64,000 nucleotides of DNA from Antedon mediterranea (GCF_964355755.1 NC_092680.1:1550001-1614000); one strand, 5' to 3'. Positions 12,710-24,018 are shown, numbered from the stretch's first letter. Translations and numbers: made by a program. The notes: a model not told the origin generated them from the letters alone.

Positions 12710-13228
12710 TGTGTTTACCAATTCTGGCTCTATAACATAATTACAGAAGGAAACAGATTCGCTGTAGAGCACCAGGATCCAGATTGTGTTTACCAATTCT
12801 GGCTCTACAACATAATTACAGAGAGAAACAGATTCGCTGTAGTGCACCAGGATCCAGATTGTGTTCACCAATTCTGGCTCTATAACGTAATTACAGAGGG
12901 AAACAGATTCGCTGTAGAGCACCAGGATCCAGATTGTGTTTACCAATTCTGGCTTTATAACATAATTACAGAGGGAAACAGATTCGCTGTAGAGCACCAG
13001 GATCCAGATTGTGTTCACCAATTCTGGCTCTATAACATAATTACAGAGGGAAACAGATTCGCTGTAGAGCACCAGGATCCAGATTGTGTTTACCAATTCT
13101 GGCTCTATAACATAATTACAGAGGGAAACAGATTCGCTGTAGAGCACCAGGATCCAGATTGTGTTCACCAATTCTGGCTCTATAACGTAATTACAGAGGG
13201 AAACAGATTCGCTGTAGAGCACCAGGAT
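12710..13228. repeat. 75-bp minisatellite, about 7 copies, overlapping the DAP3 stop codon and 3' UTR
   Basis: Near-identical 75-bp units; they generate the 25-aa periodic ORFs 12686..13222 and 12842..13303. Confidence 0.95.
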
Positions 13229-16200
13229 TCAGAGATGTTAAAAATTTTAATTCTTGTTTTCCACTTTCGGTATGAACTAAAAAAAGAGAAGATATTACAA
13301 TAATAAGAGTATACATATTTGTTCAATTATATTAAACAATGTGTTTTTGAAAACAATATTGATACAATAATAATAAATTGGCCACTACAATTCAAAGTAC
13401 AATGATAGCAATAATAATTCTACTTTGTTTAGAACTAAATTGAATGTGATAACACTTCACTTTTATCTTTAAATAAACAACCTTGATGTTATTGCCCTGC
13501 AGGGTTATACCTGGTCATATACAGTAATAATACGGTATGCTTACATTTTTCATTTTGAATCCACTTTTTATCTAATAAATACTGCATCATACATTCAAAT
13601 TCCTTTTCAGAATAATTGTCTACTTTGATAGGAATAAATGGATCCATCATTTCAAAGCCCTGTAACATAAAAATGTACTATTGTAAAACAATCAGTAATA
13701 GTTATAGTGTGTGCTTATTTTTTATTCTTAATTTCTTATTGTTGTACCACTACCTTTTTTCCCTTTGCAAAACATTTCAAGAAGGTAGGCGAAGGAACCG
13801 CAGAGTCAAATCTCAAAATGTTGTTATTCTACTTACTTCTTGTTTTAACAAGTATAGGGGCTTATAATCGGCCTTCAACTCCCTGTAACTATTATGCTGG
13901 TCAACTGTTGTAATAATAGCACCATTTTTCTGAAGAAAATTATAAATATAATATTACATGAAGGAAATTTGCAGACTCCAATATGTTTCAGGAAGAAGAT
14001 AAAAAGGTCTCTTTTATTATCAGGTTCTAGGCACATTATACATGAGTACATGACTTGTCAACATTAAGATTAATATCATTTTATGACTATTAATCGACGT
14101 GGCATCCATTATATCTGTCTAAAGAAAGAAGGGTAGACCTTATTTGAAATGGAGGGATGAGCTTGTCAAACGGACCGGTACCACAGCATGGCCAAGATTT
14201 ACAAAAGATAGGAACAACTGGCACCAATTGGTGTCAGTTGTTCCTATTCCAGACGATATGGGCTGAAGAAATAATTTGTATAATTAAATATTCAAAAACA
14301 TTTATGCAATTTATTTTACCCAATTTGCTTTCAAAAACTTTCTGAAGTGCATTAACATCGTAAGTTCTCGAACAGGAATCTGAAAAAAAAAACCACAATT
14401 ATTTGCATTAATGTTTTTTTTTCTTTTATTTATATATATTTAAAAAATTTGTGACATTATCATGTTTTATTTTTTATTAGTTTTATTTAATCGACTGGTA
14501 ATGGATTTTTCAACAAATTTTCATACCATGTATCCTCCTGTTTTTCGGATATTTGTCATCTCTGCAAAAAGTCCATTTACCGCTTTTACTGCATATAACA
14601 TTTTGCAATTATTTGACAAGCTATTTAGTTTCAACTCTTTTAAAACAACACCAATGACATCAGTTGAATTCTTTGGTCGATTTATTCCCTAAAATATACC
14701 AAAAAAAACCCAAAAAATGTAGAATATTAAAATTAATTCATTATAATTTTAGTTAATACATTTTAACTAAAATAAAAGTTCTATTTTACCACACAATTTA
14801 TTTATTCATTTTCAGTTACATTTTGACACCGGGAAAACCGCTACTACCTAACTAGAAACAATGTTAATCTATTTACCTGTTCTACAACACTAATAAGAGG
14901 TTGACCAGACTCGGTTAGTTCACGCTTGCTCCATACATATTTTTGATGTGTTTTTAACTGTAAAAGATGCATGATATGATAACTAGAAATCAGTTAATTT
15001 AATTAGTAAAAACCTTTAATGACCAATATAAGAATATGAAAATGTTGAATGTAGGGGTGAGGAAAAGGACCGTTGTACTTGGACAATGGTCAAACTCTGT
15101 CATTGTTTTAATCTATTCTCGGTTTTTGTTTTTCATTAAATGAAAATTGATTACAGTTCTGATGATGAGAATAGATTTCACATAATTTTAAGATGGTCTG
15201 CATTTTTATTATAATGCCTTACTGTATGATATTGAATCTCACTTGTAAATTTGGTGGTATTATACATAAAACATATATATAAACAAATAAATACAAAAAG
15301 CCATATAAAATGAATACAAGATCAGGACAAGACTTACATTAGATAACATAGATTCATTTCTATATTTAAAATGTTTAAGCCATTCACTTGAAAATGCTGG
15401 TTGATCATACATTCCTTCATGTGATACACTATCAAGGAAATCCCATTTGTTGTTTACATTCCAGTTATTAGCTACCAACAAAATATGAATAAAGAAATAT
15501 AAGAACAAACTTAAGCTCTGTCTACACTATCAAAACTATGTGACAACAACATTTGATGTGCCCATATATGGACATGATAATACTGTATTACTAACATATT
15601 TGGGCATATCACTACCACATTTGGGCATATCACTACCATATTTGGGCACATCACACTAGTTTGATAGTGCAGACAGAACTTTACATAGTATTAATAAATA
15701 AATTATAATGAATTATAATATAGTGTAATATTATTCACATAAAATAGTTTTTCTTGATATTTTTTTACCACAAGGTGTCTTTTCTTTATTACTTAATAAA
15801 GAAATAAATTGATGTTTATATTGTATGAAAATTATCAATTATTTATTATGACATATACCTACCATTAGGAATGTGTACAATCAGCCATCCTTGATTTAAA
15901 CAATAATGCATAATATGCATCAAAGACAATGTTTTGCCACTTCCCCTGCTGCCATATAATACATATCGTACTGGGGCTTGGTTATAATCACTCTTCTTCA
16001 AATAATCTATCACTTCTAATGCTGGCCTTCTAATCATAATCTTGCCTTCTCCAAGAACTTCACTCTGATTTAAAAAAAAATTCATATGCAATAAAAAACA
16101 AGAAATGCCAATTACAGGATGAATTGATTAAATTTATCATTCTTATAACAAAATTTAATTGACGCTTAGGGAGAGGAGGAAATAAAGAGTTGTTTGTAAC

Positions 16201-17699
16201 AATGTTGACACTATGTGTCAGGATTGAACCCTGGACTTTGGGATTGGAAGGCAAGCATGTTAACCACCAAGCTACAACTCCACTACAAGATAAGATTAGA
16301 GTGCTAAATAACACTGGTTAAAATAGATTTGGTAAAACATACCACTGAAAGTCTTTTGTGAACAATATTATTTAATAAATATTTCATTTCTAAACTTTCC
16401 AGCAATAATACCACATGGTATATTTAAGTTTAACAATATATTAAATAACAATTAATATAAATAAAATGTAATTACCAAGGAGAACCATTTGTTGGAATAG
16501 CCCACATGGAATATTTTACTGATGTCCTCCTGTGGTATGTGATACAGCTGACTTTGATGTTGTAATCCTTGTTTTGCCTGCAATCAAACAAAATAGCAGT
16601 AATAAAAAAGGTAAAGAAAGGCGTGTGGCGCAGTGTGTTGGACGTTCGACTACTAATCGTGAGATCAAGGTTCGAATCCAACTCTCGCCGCATTGCTTGT
16701 ATCCTTAGGCAAGATACTTTACTCACGTTTGCCTCTCTCCACCCAGGTGTATAATTGGGAACCCGGTTAGATAAAGACACAACTTTGCGCTAATTACTAG
16801 CTGCATTATGGGAGTATGTTTTTCCATAGATGTTTGATCAGGAATGACTGGGTAATAATGTTCAGCGCTTAGAGGTTTCACAACATTAGGCGCTATATAA
16901 ATCCAGGATATTATTATTATTTTACTGTACAAGGCGGGTATAATTACACACATGTTTGAAATGGTATTGGTTAATCCTAGTTAGGGTATAGAGGAAAAGT
17001 TTCAACTACAATAATAAATAATTTAACTGTCTTGGATTCTAGTTCTTCTATGCTGTTATTGAAATGGCAATTCCAGGTAGGCATAAAAAACCCCAAAACA
17101 TTTTAAATACAGTATAATTTATAAACCAATTAATTTAAAATACAAATTAGATTTGTGCTGAATGTGTGACAAATTTGTGATCAATTACTACTTTACATAT
17201 CACTTCTTTTATATAATTTTATATTTTTTTCTTTTTCTGTCTCAAAATGTCATTTTTTTGTAATTGTAATGCAGTTGTCTATGTTTTATGCTTGGGACTA
17301 CAAAGACAAGCAACTTTGGCTTCTGTGTATCTTTCTCATAAACTATGTAAACTGTTGAATAAATGTTGTTATTATAATCATATATTTCTTATAAAGGTTA
17401 TACTGTAATAACTTTGAATAATGCAATACCTATAAACCATAATTAAATTATTAAAATAATAAACATACTGGGTCATTTTCAGAACTTTGAAATGACATCC
17501 ACCGGATTGATTGGCAGGTTACGCCCACATTCCAGTATCTGGAATTTATAGCCTGTAAAAAATAATCATAAAAACAGTACAGATAAGGGAAAAAAATAAT
17601 ATTTCAAATATGTTAAAATTACATTCATTACGAAGATGACATAAAAATGTATATGTATATTATTAATATTACCGTTGCAATTTTTAAGATAGCCCTCAT
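13191..17699 (-). CDS. DAP3: Mitochondrial small ribosomal subunit protein mS29 / death-associated protein 3 (381 aa)
   Basis: 11 phase-consistent GT-AG exons: 17699-17673, 17552-17469, 16577-16476, 16064-15863, 15471-15338, 14957-14877, 14688-14527, 14379-14320, 13929-13837, 13659-13545, 13276-13191 (1146 nt). Walker A YGSRGSGKT plus DAP3-type blocks (IRRPALE, YDQP, KYVWSKRE, GFEMMDPFIPIKVDNYSEKEFE, GKQELKFLTSLNP). Confidence 0.93.
14123..14270 (+). mobile_element. RTE-clade LINE 3' fragment in a DAP3 intron
   Basis: Translates RKKGRPYLKWRDELVK...TKDRNNWHQLV, the GRP..W.D...DR..W RTE C-terminal pattern. Confidence 0.65.
15514..15680. mobile_element. PIF/Harbinger-type MITE family A
   Basis: TIR AGCTCTGTCTACACTATCAAA, TTA/TTA flanks, internal 21-bp repeats. 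Other full or partial copies at about 1-105, 1185-1310, 24745-24875, 27913-27972, 33239-33310, 36370-36496 and 49017-49162. Confidence 0.85.
16620..16922 (+). mobile_element. tRNA-derived SINE with CORE-like domain and L2-type tail
   Basis: A box TGGCGCAGTG, B box GGTTCGAATCC, CORE-like TGTATCCTTAGGCAAGATACTTTACTC...CTCTCTCCACCCAGGTGTATAA, and tail CAGCGCTTAGAG...AGGCGCTATATAAATCC...(ATT)n. Confidence 0.85.
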
Positions 17700-17899
17700 G
17701 GTATGTTTCTTTCTTGTACTGCACAATGGTGGCGACTACTGTCTGGAAAAAATATTTACATAATATATTAATGCACATTCTTTAATTTTCTCACTGGCAT
17801 CTGAGCGAGTGTTAATGTACCACGATACTGTCGATGTACAGTATTAATAATAAGAGACCACAGAGTAGTCTGGTTGTGGACTGTGGTTGGAACTACTAT

Positions 17900-18900
17900 A
17901 GTATAACCTAATAATTCATTGACTAGCTAGTAGGCCTATCTTATGTTATGTTATCTATAGAAATAACAGATTGATTTCATGCACATCAATCATTCCAACA
18001 AAAAAATTATACTTGCAAGGTACAATTCCACGCACCTTCCTACTGAAAGTTTCCTAAACTAGCCTTTGAGTTTTAGGCAGGTCGTTTCGCCCCAAGCAAC
18101 ATCAACAATGTCCACTTGACGTTAGGCGTGGCAGTGCGTGGTGGATGCTTGCTTTTACTTTTAATTAAGGTAGGCCTAGCTGGGCCAGAGAATAGTCCAG
18201 TAAGCTTAATATACTTTCTTAATTGAACAACTAACTAATATGAGTTTACGGATCTCCTGAGTACGAGAAAGTACTATTTATAATATAGTGCGTAAAATGA
18301 AAAATCTAGGCCTAGTTTAGGCCACCTAGTATACCCACCATCCAGCACGGCATATAGGCCTACACACAGTACATGTGCTACAACAAGTGAATATGATACG
18401 TCATTGGCGCCTTTTGTAATGTATTTGTTTATTGACAAAACATGGCAGGAGGATCCGAACTAAGACAAATAAAAGCCGATTTTGCGACATCAATAAAATG
18501 AGTAATTTTGAATGTCTAAAGTACTACTTATACTTTAATATAGTAAAAGTATAAAGCATGTTATGTTTTTTATTTATGTTTTATGAAATACCTGTAATTT
18601 TAACATAACGTGACGTCGTCAAAGCATGGAGGTGGTATAAAAATAGTATAATAATATTTTTATACCTCCATGGTCAATGACAAATTGTAAACTTTCCTGT
18701 TGAAGGCATTACTGGGGTTTCATAAGAAGTGGGCGTTCCCGTTTTTATCTTGTTTTTGTTTTTGTTATGAGGAGCGTATTTTTTAATGTGACAAGCATCA
18801 TGTAAAGATTAAGAACCTCTTAGTTTTCTGATACATATTATAATATTATATTGTGTTTTATAATAAAGGACGAAGGTTAAGAAAATTAAAACAAATGTTG
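17900..18900. promoter_or_regulatory. Probable bidirectional promoter region between DAP3 and the glutaredoxin-like gene
   Basis: Divergent start codons at 17699 (-) and 19265 (+); locally CpG-richer; candidate non-coding first-exon donors on both strands. Confidence 0.5.
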
Positions 18901-19264
18901 GTCGTAATTTTAAATTAAACTTAGTACGCCTACTTAGTCTAAGATAGTACGCCTATAGTACTAGTCTATAGGCCTAGTTAGGGTCTATTAAAGTTGGTCT
19001 AGGCCTAGGTACGTGAAGCGCCCACTTGCTTAGGAAGTTTAAATATTGTTTCGGCCGCGCAATTTATCACGGTCGCGTGTCAAGGGATATATTATGATAT
19101 TCCCATATTATGCGGGATTAGGTCTATTATATTGAAAAAGTAAGAATTGTTTTGATCATGTTTTAATTAATATATATCAACATTGGTTTGATTTTAAATA
19201 CAGGAAATCAATATTAAAGTGTGCTGGGTTGGTACAATTTCAAAAGCAACCACTATCCAAACAG

Positions 19265-22200
19265 ATGAAGACAGCAGCACTGTTGAGGAGAGTTACCTCA
19301 AGCCAAGCTGGTTATTTGCCACTGTTGACACTTTATACAAAGGTAACTGTAAAGTTTGGATCCTACTAGAACGCAAAGCTGTGCAAACGATTGTGATTGG
19401 TTAAAAACAGGGAGTTGTGAGCATCTTAAGAATGATGACTGGTTCTCTCTCTCTCGAAGTGCCATATCATGAGACTTTGGCGATCATGTTGTGCCACAAT
19501 TCTCTGTCTATTGCCATATTCAGCAACTCCACTTCTTTGGTATTCTCGCCTCTATTCCGAATCCATTCAGCTATGCTGGCCAACCAAGTGACTCTTTTCC
19601 TCCCCCTGCTCCTTCTTCCTTCTATTTTCCCCGTTAATGCCAAGTTCTCCAGACCTCCCTTCCTCAACACATGTCCCATGAATCTCATCTGTCTAATCCT
19701 AATACCCTTCAGTAGTTTCCTGCATACTCCAGCTCTTATCAATACATCTTCATTACTAACTCTATCTGTCCATGGAATTCTCATCATTCTCCTTAGAAAC
19801 CACATCTCACAGCTTTCCAATCTTTTTCTGAGGTCAGTTGTGATTGACCAGGCTTCACTTCCATACATCAGCACAGGATAGATGTAGCAGTTTAATACAC
19901 GCAACCTGGTTTCCATACTCATCGCAAAGTTCTTCAAGATATTCTCCATTTCTCCAAATGCGGATTTCGCAAGGACTATCCTTCTCTTTATCTCCGTTAC
20001 ACACCTGGCATCATCTGTTATTTTGCTCCCAAGATAGTTAAAAGAGGACACCTGCTGAATTAACTGGTCTCCTGCTTGAAGGTTACACGTTGGACTCTCA
20101 TTTTTTGGCACTACTAAACACTCTGTCTTACTACAATTTATAGACAGACCCATCTTTTCGCTCTCTACTACAACCACATCCAGCAACCTTTGGAGATCTT
20201 CAGCTGACTCTGCCAGTAGAACTGTGTCATCTGCATATCTGATGTTTGTAATATTTCTACCACAAATTCTCAAACCCTTCTCATTATCTAGCTCCCTCAA
20301 GATCAACTCGCTATAGTAGTTAAACAAGTCTGGTGACATTACACAGCCCTGTCTCACTCCTCTTCCAATACTTGTGTAGTCACTGCACTCCCCATCTACC
20401 CTCATGCATGCAGTCTGTTTCCAGTACAAATTTTGCAACAATCTAAGATCCTTTCCATGTAGGTCAAGCTTGCTAAGTTCTTGAAATAGCTGCTCATGCC
20501 TTACTTTGTCAAATGCCTTGGTGTAGTCTATGAAACACATGTATACATCTTTCTGCATCTCCACTGCCCTTTCAGTTATCATTCTTATCACAAAGATGGC
20601 ATTCCTGGTGCCTGAATCCTTTACAAAACCAAACTGCTCACTCCCAATCTCTGGTTTTAATCTGCTTCTTGCTCTCATAAGTAGTATCCTCAGAATGATC
20701 TTGGTGACATGACTCATGAGGCTGATTGTACGATGTTTTTCACATTCTACAGCACCTGGTTTCTTCGGAAGGGCAATAAAAATGGACTTACTCAAGTCCT
20801 CAGGGAAGCTTCCATCCTCGTATATCTTATTGATCACTTCAGTTAACTTTTCCACTCCATACTCTTCTAATGCCTCAATCATCTCGATGGCTACACCATC
20901 CGGTCCTGCCGCCTTATTCTTCCTCAACCTCTTGATTGCTGTTCGTACTTCTGCTTTCAAGATCTTTGGTCCTTCTTCTGAGTCAGGAAAGCTTGGCATT
21001 GCTTGTCTAACATCAAAAAACAGCTCCCCGATATACTCTGTCCATCTTTTCAAAATATCAGTCTTTTCAACAAGCATTGTTCCATCTTTTGCCTTAATGC
21101 ATCCAGAGTTTGAGCAGCCAGACTTCCTTCCAGTGATCTCATTAAGTCTCTGATAAATCTTGTGGTTGTTGTTCTCTAGTCCACTCTCAATCTCCTCACA
21201 CTGTGTGTTAAGCCACTTTTCTTTTGCCTCCCTGCACTTTTGCTTAATTTCTCTATCTAGATCTTTATATTCTTTACTTGATCTACTACTAATCTTCTGT
21301 CTATCCCTCATCATTGATAGTATCTCTTCCGACACCCATTTGTTCTTCCTTCTTCTGTCTTTCTTAGGTAAGGATTCTTTGGCTGTCTCAACAAGGATGT
21401 CTCTCATTGCATCCCACGTAATCTCTTCACCTTCATCTACAAGGATGTCAAACTTATTCCTCACTTGAATGGAATATTCCAAACGGATCTCCGGACTGTT
21501 TAGCTGCTCAAAGTCTAATTTCTGTACATTTTTGGCTTTCTTCACCTTTTTTAACTTTGATTGAAGTGTGCAAACCACTGGAATGTGGTCACTTCCACAA
21601 TCTGCCCCTGGATATGTTTTTGCATGAGTCACTGCCCTTTTCCACCTACTGTTTACTGCAATGTAGTCAATCTGATTCCTCGTCACATCACCAGGGCTCT
21701 TCCATGTGTATATTCGTCTGGGATGCTCTTTAAACCATGTATTTGTTATGGTCATATCCTTAGCTTTACACCAGTTCACCCATCTGTCGCCACGCGCATT
21801 TCTTTCACCCATCCCATGCTCTCCAACTATGTTTCCATCTTGTTCATGGCCAACCTTTGCATTCAGATCACCCATGATGAAATTTATCTCATCTGATTTG
21901 CATTGGGATTTGGCCTGGTCTAAGGTCGCATAAAAGTTATCTATCTCTTCATCTGTGCTGTCAGCTGTAGGTGCATAAACCACTATGATAGAGATATTGA
22001 AGGGTTGTCCCTGCAGTTTGACCAGCATAACTCTTTCACTCACAGCCCAATAGCCCAGCATACATTTAGCCATATCACCATCCAAAAGCAACCCTACACC
22101 TTTTTCATGTTTGTCTCCTCCAGCGTAAATCATCTTGTAATCATCAATCATAAATTCACCATTATTTGTCCAATGAGTTTCATTTATCCCTAATATATTG

Positions 22201-23645
22201 ATATTGAGTCTTATCATTTCCTGCTTAACATTTTCAAGTTTGCCATCTTGATACAAGGTCCTCACATTCCACGTTCCTAGTCTGATTGTACTTCTATTGC
22301 GGACAGTAGCTTGATGACGGTCGAGCTCCACCTGTCGCACATGAGACACCCTACCGGGCGAGGAGCCTCCTTCATACGATGGATGTACCCCCTTTACGCC
22401 GTTAGCTTTCATTCTTGAATTGTGACACTTCATAATTGTTCTTGGAAAAATGATAGTGAAGTGGTTTCCCGTTGCCTTCTTCACCGCAGTCTATCAGCCA
22501 TAAATGGGATCACCATCTTGCCTGACAATGTGTGCTGAGGTCTGCCGTTGTCCTAGAAATGGATCTTCCGCCGAGACACCCATACTGCATCACTGCTGCC
22601 TAATGCAGGGCATGGCTAGGCCTATTTAGAGGCGGCCTAAACTCGCCTCTACTGCAGAACGTATTTGGGGATATGCCGGTTTTATGACCCTGTTGGTGCC
22701 ACCCAACAGCGCCCGACCCCCTGCTGTTACTGCAGTCCTCCTTTAGTCGCCTCTTACGACACGCGGAGCTTTCGTGGGGGGTATTCTTTTATCAGACCCC
22801 TCCCCCAGGCCAGATGACTGGTTACTGTCCAAAATTAGCTGTAGATATCAATCAATAACTGTATTTAAATTTCTATTTTATTTTTAGGAAGACTGTAGTC
22901 TGTGTGATACTGCTATGGAAGTAGTTAACAAGCATAAGCACAGGGTAAAGCATTATGTTGATAATTATAGATAATAAATTTATATTAATTAAATATATTA
23001 CCAAACTTTAAATAGTTTTAGTGCCTTATTTTCTGACCATCTCTCGTCTGATCATCTCACGTCTGATCATTATCTGAATCAAGCATCCAAGTGGAATACA
23101 ATCTGTTTGCTGATGCAAAACACATATACTGTATAGAACACATTCAATTTTAAAAACTTTTGAATTAAACCCAAATAAATTATTTTAAGTAAACTAATTA
23201 GCGAGCTTGCCTCAAATAATATGCATCATTTCAACACATAAATTTTGCCATATCATTAAATTTTATGTTGCAGAATTATGTGTATACCGCAGGTATATCC
23301 TTTATGCAAGATTAACACTTGACTTGAGTCCAATTTGGTGAAAATGGTGAGATTATACCCCATGAGATTGTATTAACCAATTGATTTACAGAATTCTTGT
23401 GTCTGAATTTTTGAGTAGGATTATACCCCAGTCATATAATGGTAATAAAAAATTATTTTTCATACTTTCAGTTTCAATTTGAAGAAGTCGATATTGAGGA
23501 AAAAGGCAACGAGATGTGGTTTGACAAATACCGCTATGATATCCCAGTATTCCACCTCAATGGGCGGTTCCTAATGAAACACAGAGCAGACGAAGAACAT
23601 TTCCTGAAGTCACTAGACTTGTGTGAGCAAGATGAACCTAGCTGA
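19265..23645 (+). CDS. C5orf63: Glutaredoxin-like protein, C5orf63/YDR286C homolog (102 aa)
   Basis: Exons 19265-19342, 22888-22944 and 23472-23645 (all phase 0): ...LPLLTLYTK|EDCSLCDTAMEVVNKHKHR|FQFEEVDIEEKGNEMWFDKYRYDIPVFHLNGRFLMKHR, with a CxxC motif and the family-typical YDIPVFHLNG. Confidence 0.9.
19445..22812 (-). mobile_element. Full-length RTE-clade non-LTR retrotransposon
   Basis: Perfect 11-bp TSD GATGACTGGTT (19434-19444 and 22813-22823), single intact ORF, very short 3' UTR with a (GA)n tail, and a structured 5' UTR of about 330-380 nt. Confidence 0.93.
19467..22484 (-). CDS. RTE ORF: APE-like endonuclease plus reverse transcriptase
   Basis: 1005-codon open frame (GTG at 22484, first ATG at 22433). 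Endonuclease motifs GTWNVRTL, GINETHW, VVYAPT, MGDLNAKVG, NQIDYI, GSDHIPV; RT motifs GVRQGCVMSP and YADD; RTE C-terminus GRRSRGRKR..W...DRELW. Confidence 0.95.
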   Translation of the reverse strand: MKKATGNHFTIIFPRTIMKCHNSRMKANGVKGVHPSYEGGSSPGRVSHVRQVELDRHQATVRNRSTIRLGTWNVRTLYQDGKLENVKQEMIRLNINILGINETHWTNNGEFMIDDYKMIYAGGDKHEKGVGLLLDGDMAKCMLGYWAVSERVMLVKLQGQPFNISIIVVYAPTADSTDEEIDNFYATLDQAKSQCKSDEINFIMGDLNAKVGHEQDGNIVGEHGMGERNARGDRWVNWCKAKDMTITNTWFKEHPRRIYTWKSPGDVTRNQIDYIAVNSRWKRAVTHAKTYPGADCGSDHIPVVCTLQSKLKKVKKAKNVQKLDFEQLNSPEIRLEYSIQVRNKFDILVDEGEEITWDAMRDILVETAKESLPKKDRRRKNKWVSEEILSMMRDRQKISSRSSKEYKDLDREIKQKCREAKEKWLNTQCEEIESGLENNNHKIYQRLNEITGRKSGCSNSGCIKAKDGTMLVEKTDILKRWTEYIGELFFDVRQAMPSFPDSEEGPKILKAEVRTAIKRLRKNKAAGPDGVAIEMIEALEEYGVEKLTEVINKIYEDGSFPEDLSKSIFIALPKKPGAVECEKHRTISLMSHVTKIILRILLMRARSRLKPEIGSEQFGFVKDSGTRNAIFVIRMITERAVEMQKDVYMCFIDYTKAFDKVRHEQLFQELSKLDLHGKDLRLLQNLYWKQTACMRVDGECSDYTSIGRGVRQGCVMSPDLFNYYSELILRELDNEKGLRICGRNITNIRYADDTVLLAESAEDLQRLLDVVVVESEKMGLSINCSKTECLVVPKNESPTCNLQAGDQLIQQVSSFNYLGSKITDDARCVTEIKRRIVLAKSAFGEMENILKNFAMSMETRLRVLNCYIYPVLMYGSEAWSITTDLRKRLESCEMWFLRRMMRIPWTDRVSNEDVLIRAGVCRKLLKGIRIRQMRFMGHVLRKGGLENLALTGKIEGRRSRGRKRVTWLASIAEWIRNRGENTKEVELLNMAIDRELWHNMIAKVS

Positions 23646-23860
23646 GTTTTACCAGTAAAAGTATGATAGATTGTGTGATCATATGGGAAACATAGGAGTT
23701 AACTGGATGAGGCAACTGTCCTGTATTCTGTATTAAATAGGATGAATATTGAAAAACCATCGATATCAGCATAGCCACGTAAAAACGAAACATTGACATC
23801 CGATTGGATTTGCCAGCGCAGGACCAGAACCGTGCCAGAGCAGGTGTGAAAGACCCTTTA

Positions 23861-24018
23861 AGTCGATTTTCCACTAGCTGAATTTGTTCGCACGAATTGA
23901 AAGCGTCAGCTTATATGCATGCGTATTCATGTTTCCATCTTCTAAATCCCTCTCTACACATGCATATAAGCTGACACTTGTGATTCTAGGAATAAATTCG
24001 CCTCGTGAAAAATCGGCT
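23861..24018. mobile_element. Harbinger-type MITE just downstream of the glutaredoxin-like gene
   Basis: Imperfect TIRs AGTCGATTTTCCACTAG.../...CTCGTGAAAAATCGGCT, inner inverted pair GTCAGCTTATATGCATG/CATGCATATAAGCTGAC, TTA/TAA flanks. Confidence 0.7.

Noticed and set aside
12686-13303. Repetitive ORFs of 178 aa (-) and 153 aa (+), and a CRISPR-like appearance
   Set aside because: By-products of a 75-bp tandem unit (a multiple of 3); no unique spacers, no cas genes, eukaryotic context.
19417-22193. Several plus-strand ORFs of 60-154 aa
   Set aside because: Antisense shadows of the RTE ORF.
22740-22812. Canonical hammerhead, HDV or twister ribozyme at the RTE 5' end
   Set aside because: CTGATAA...GAAA lacks the CUGANGA core and stem II, and no consistent HDV P1/P2/P3 or twister loop could be assigned; kept only as an unassigned structured RNA.
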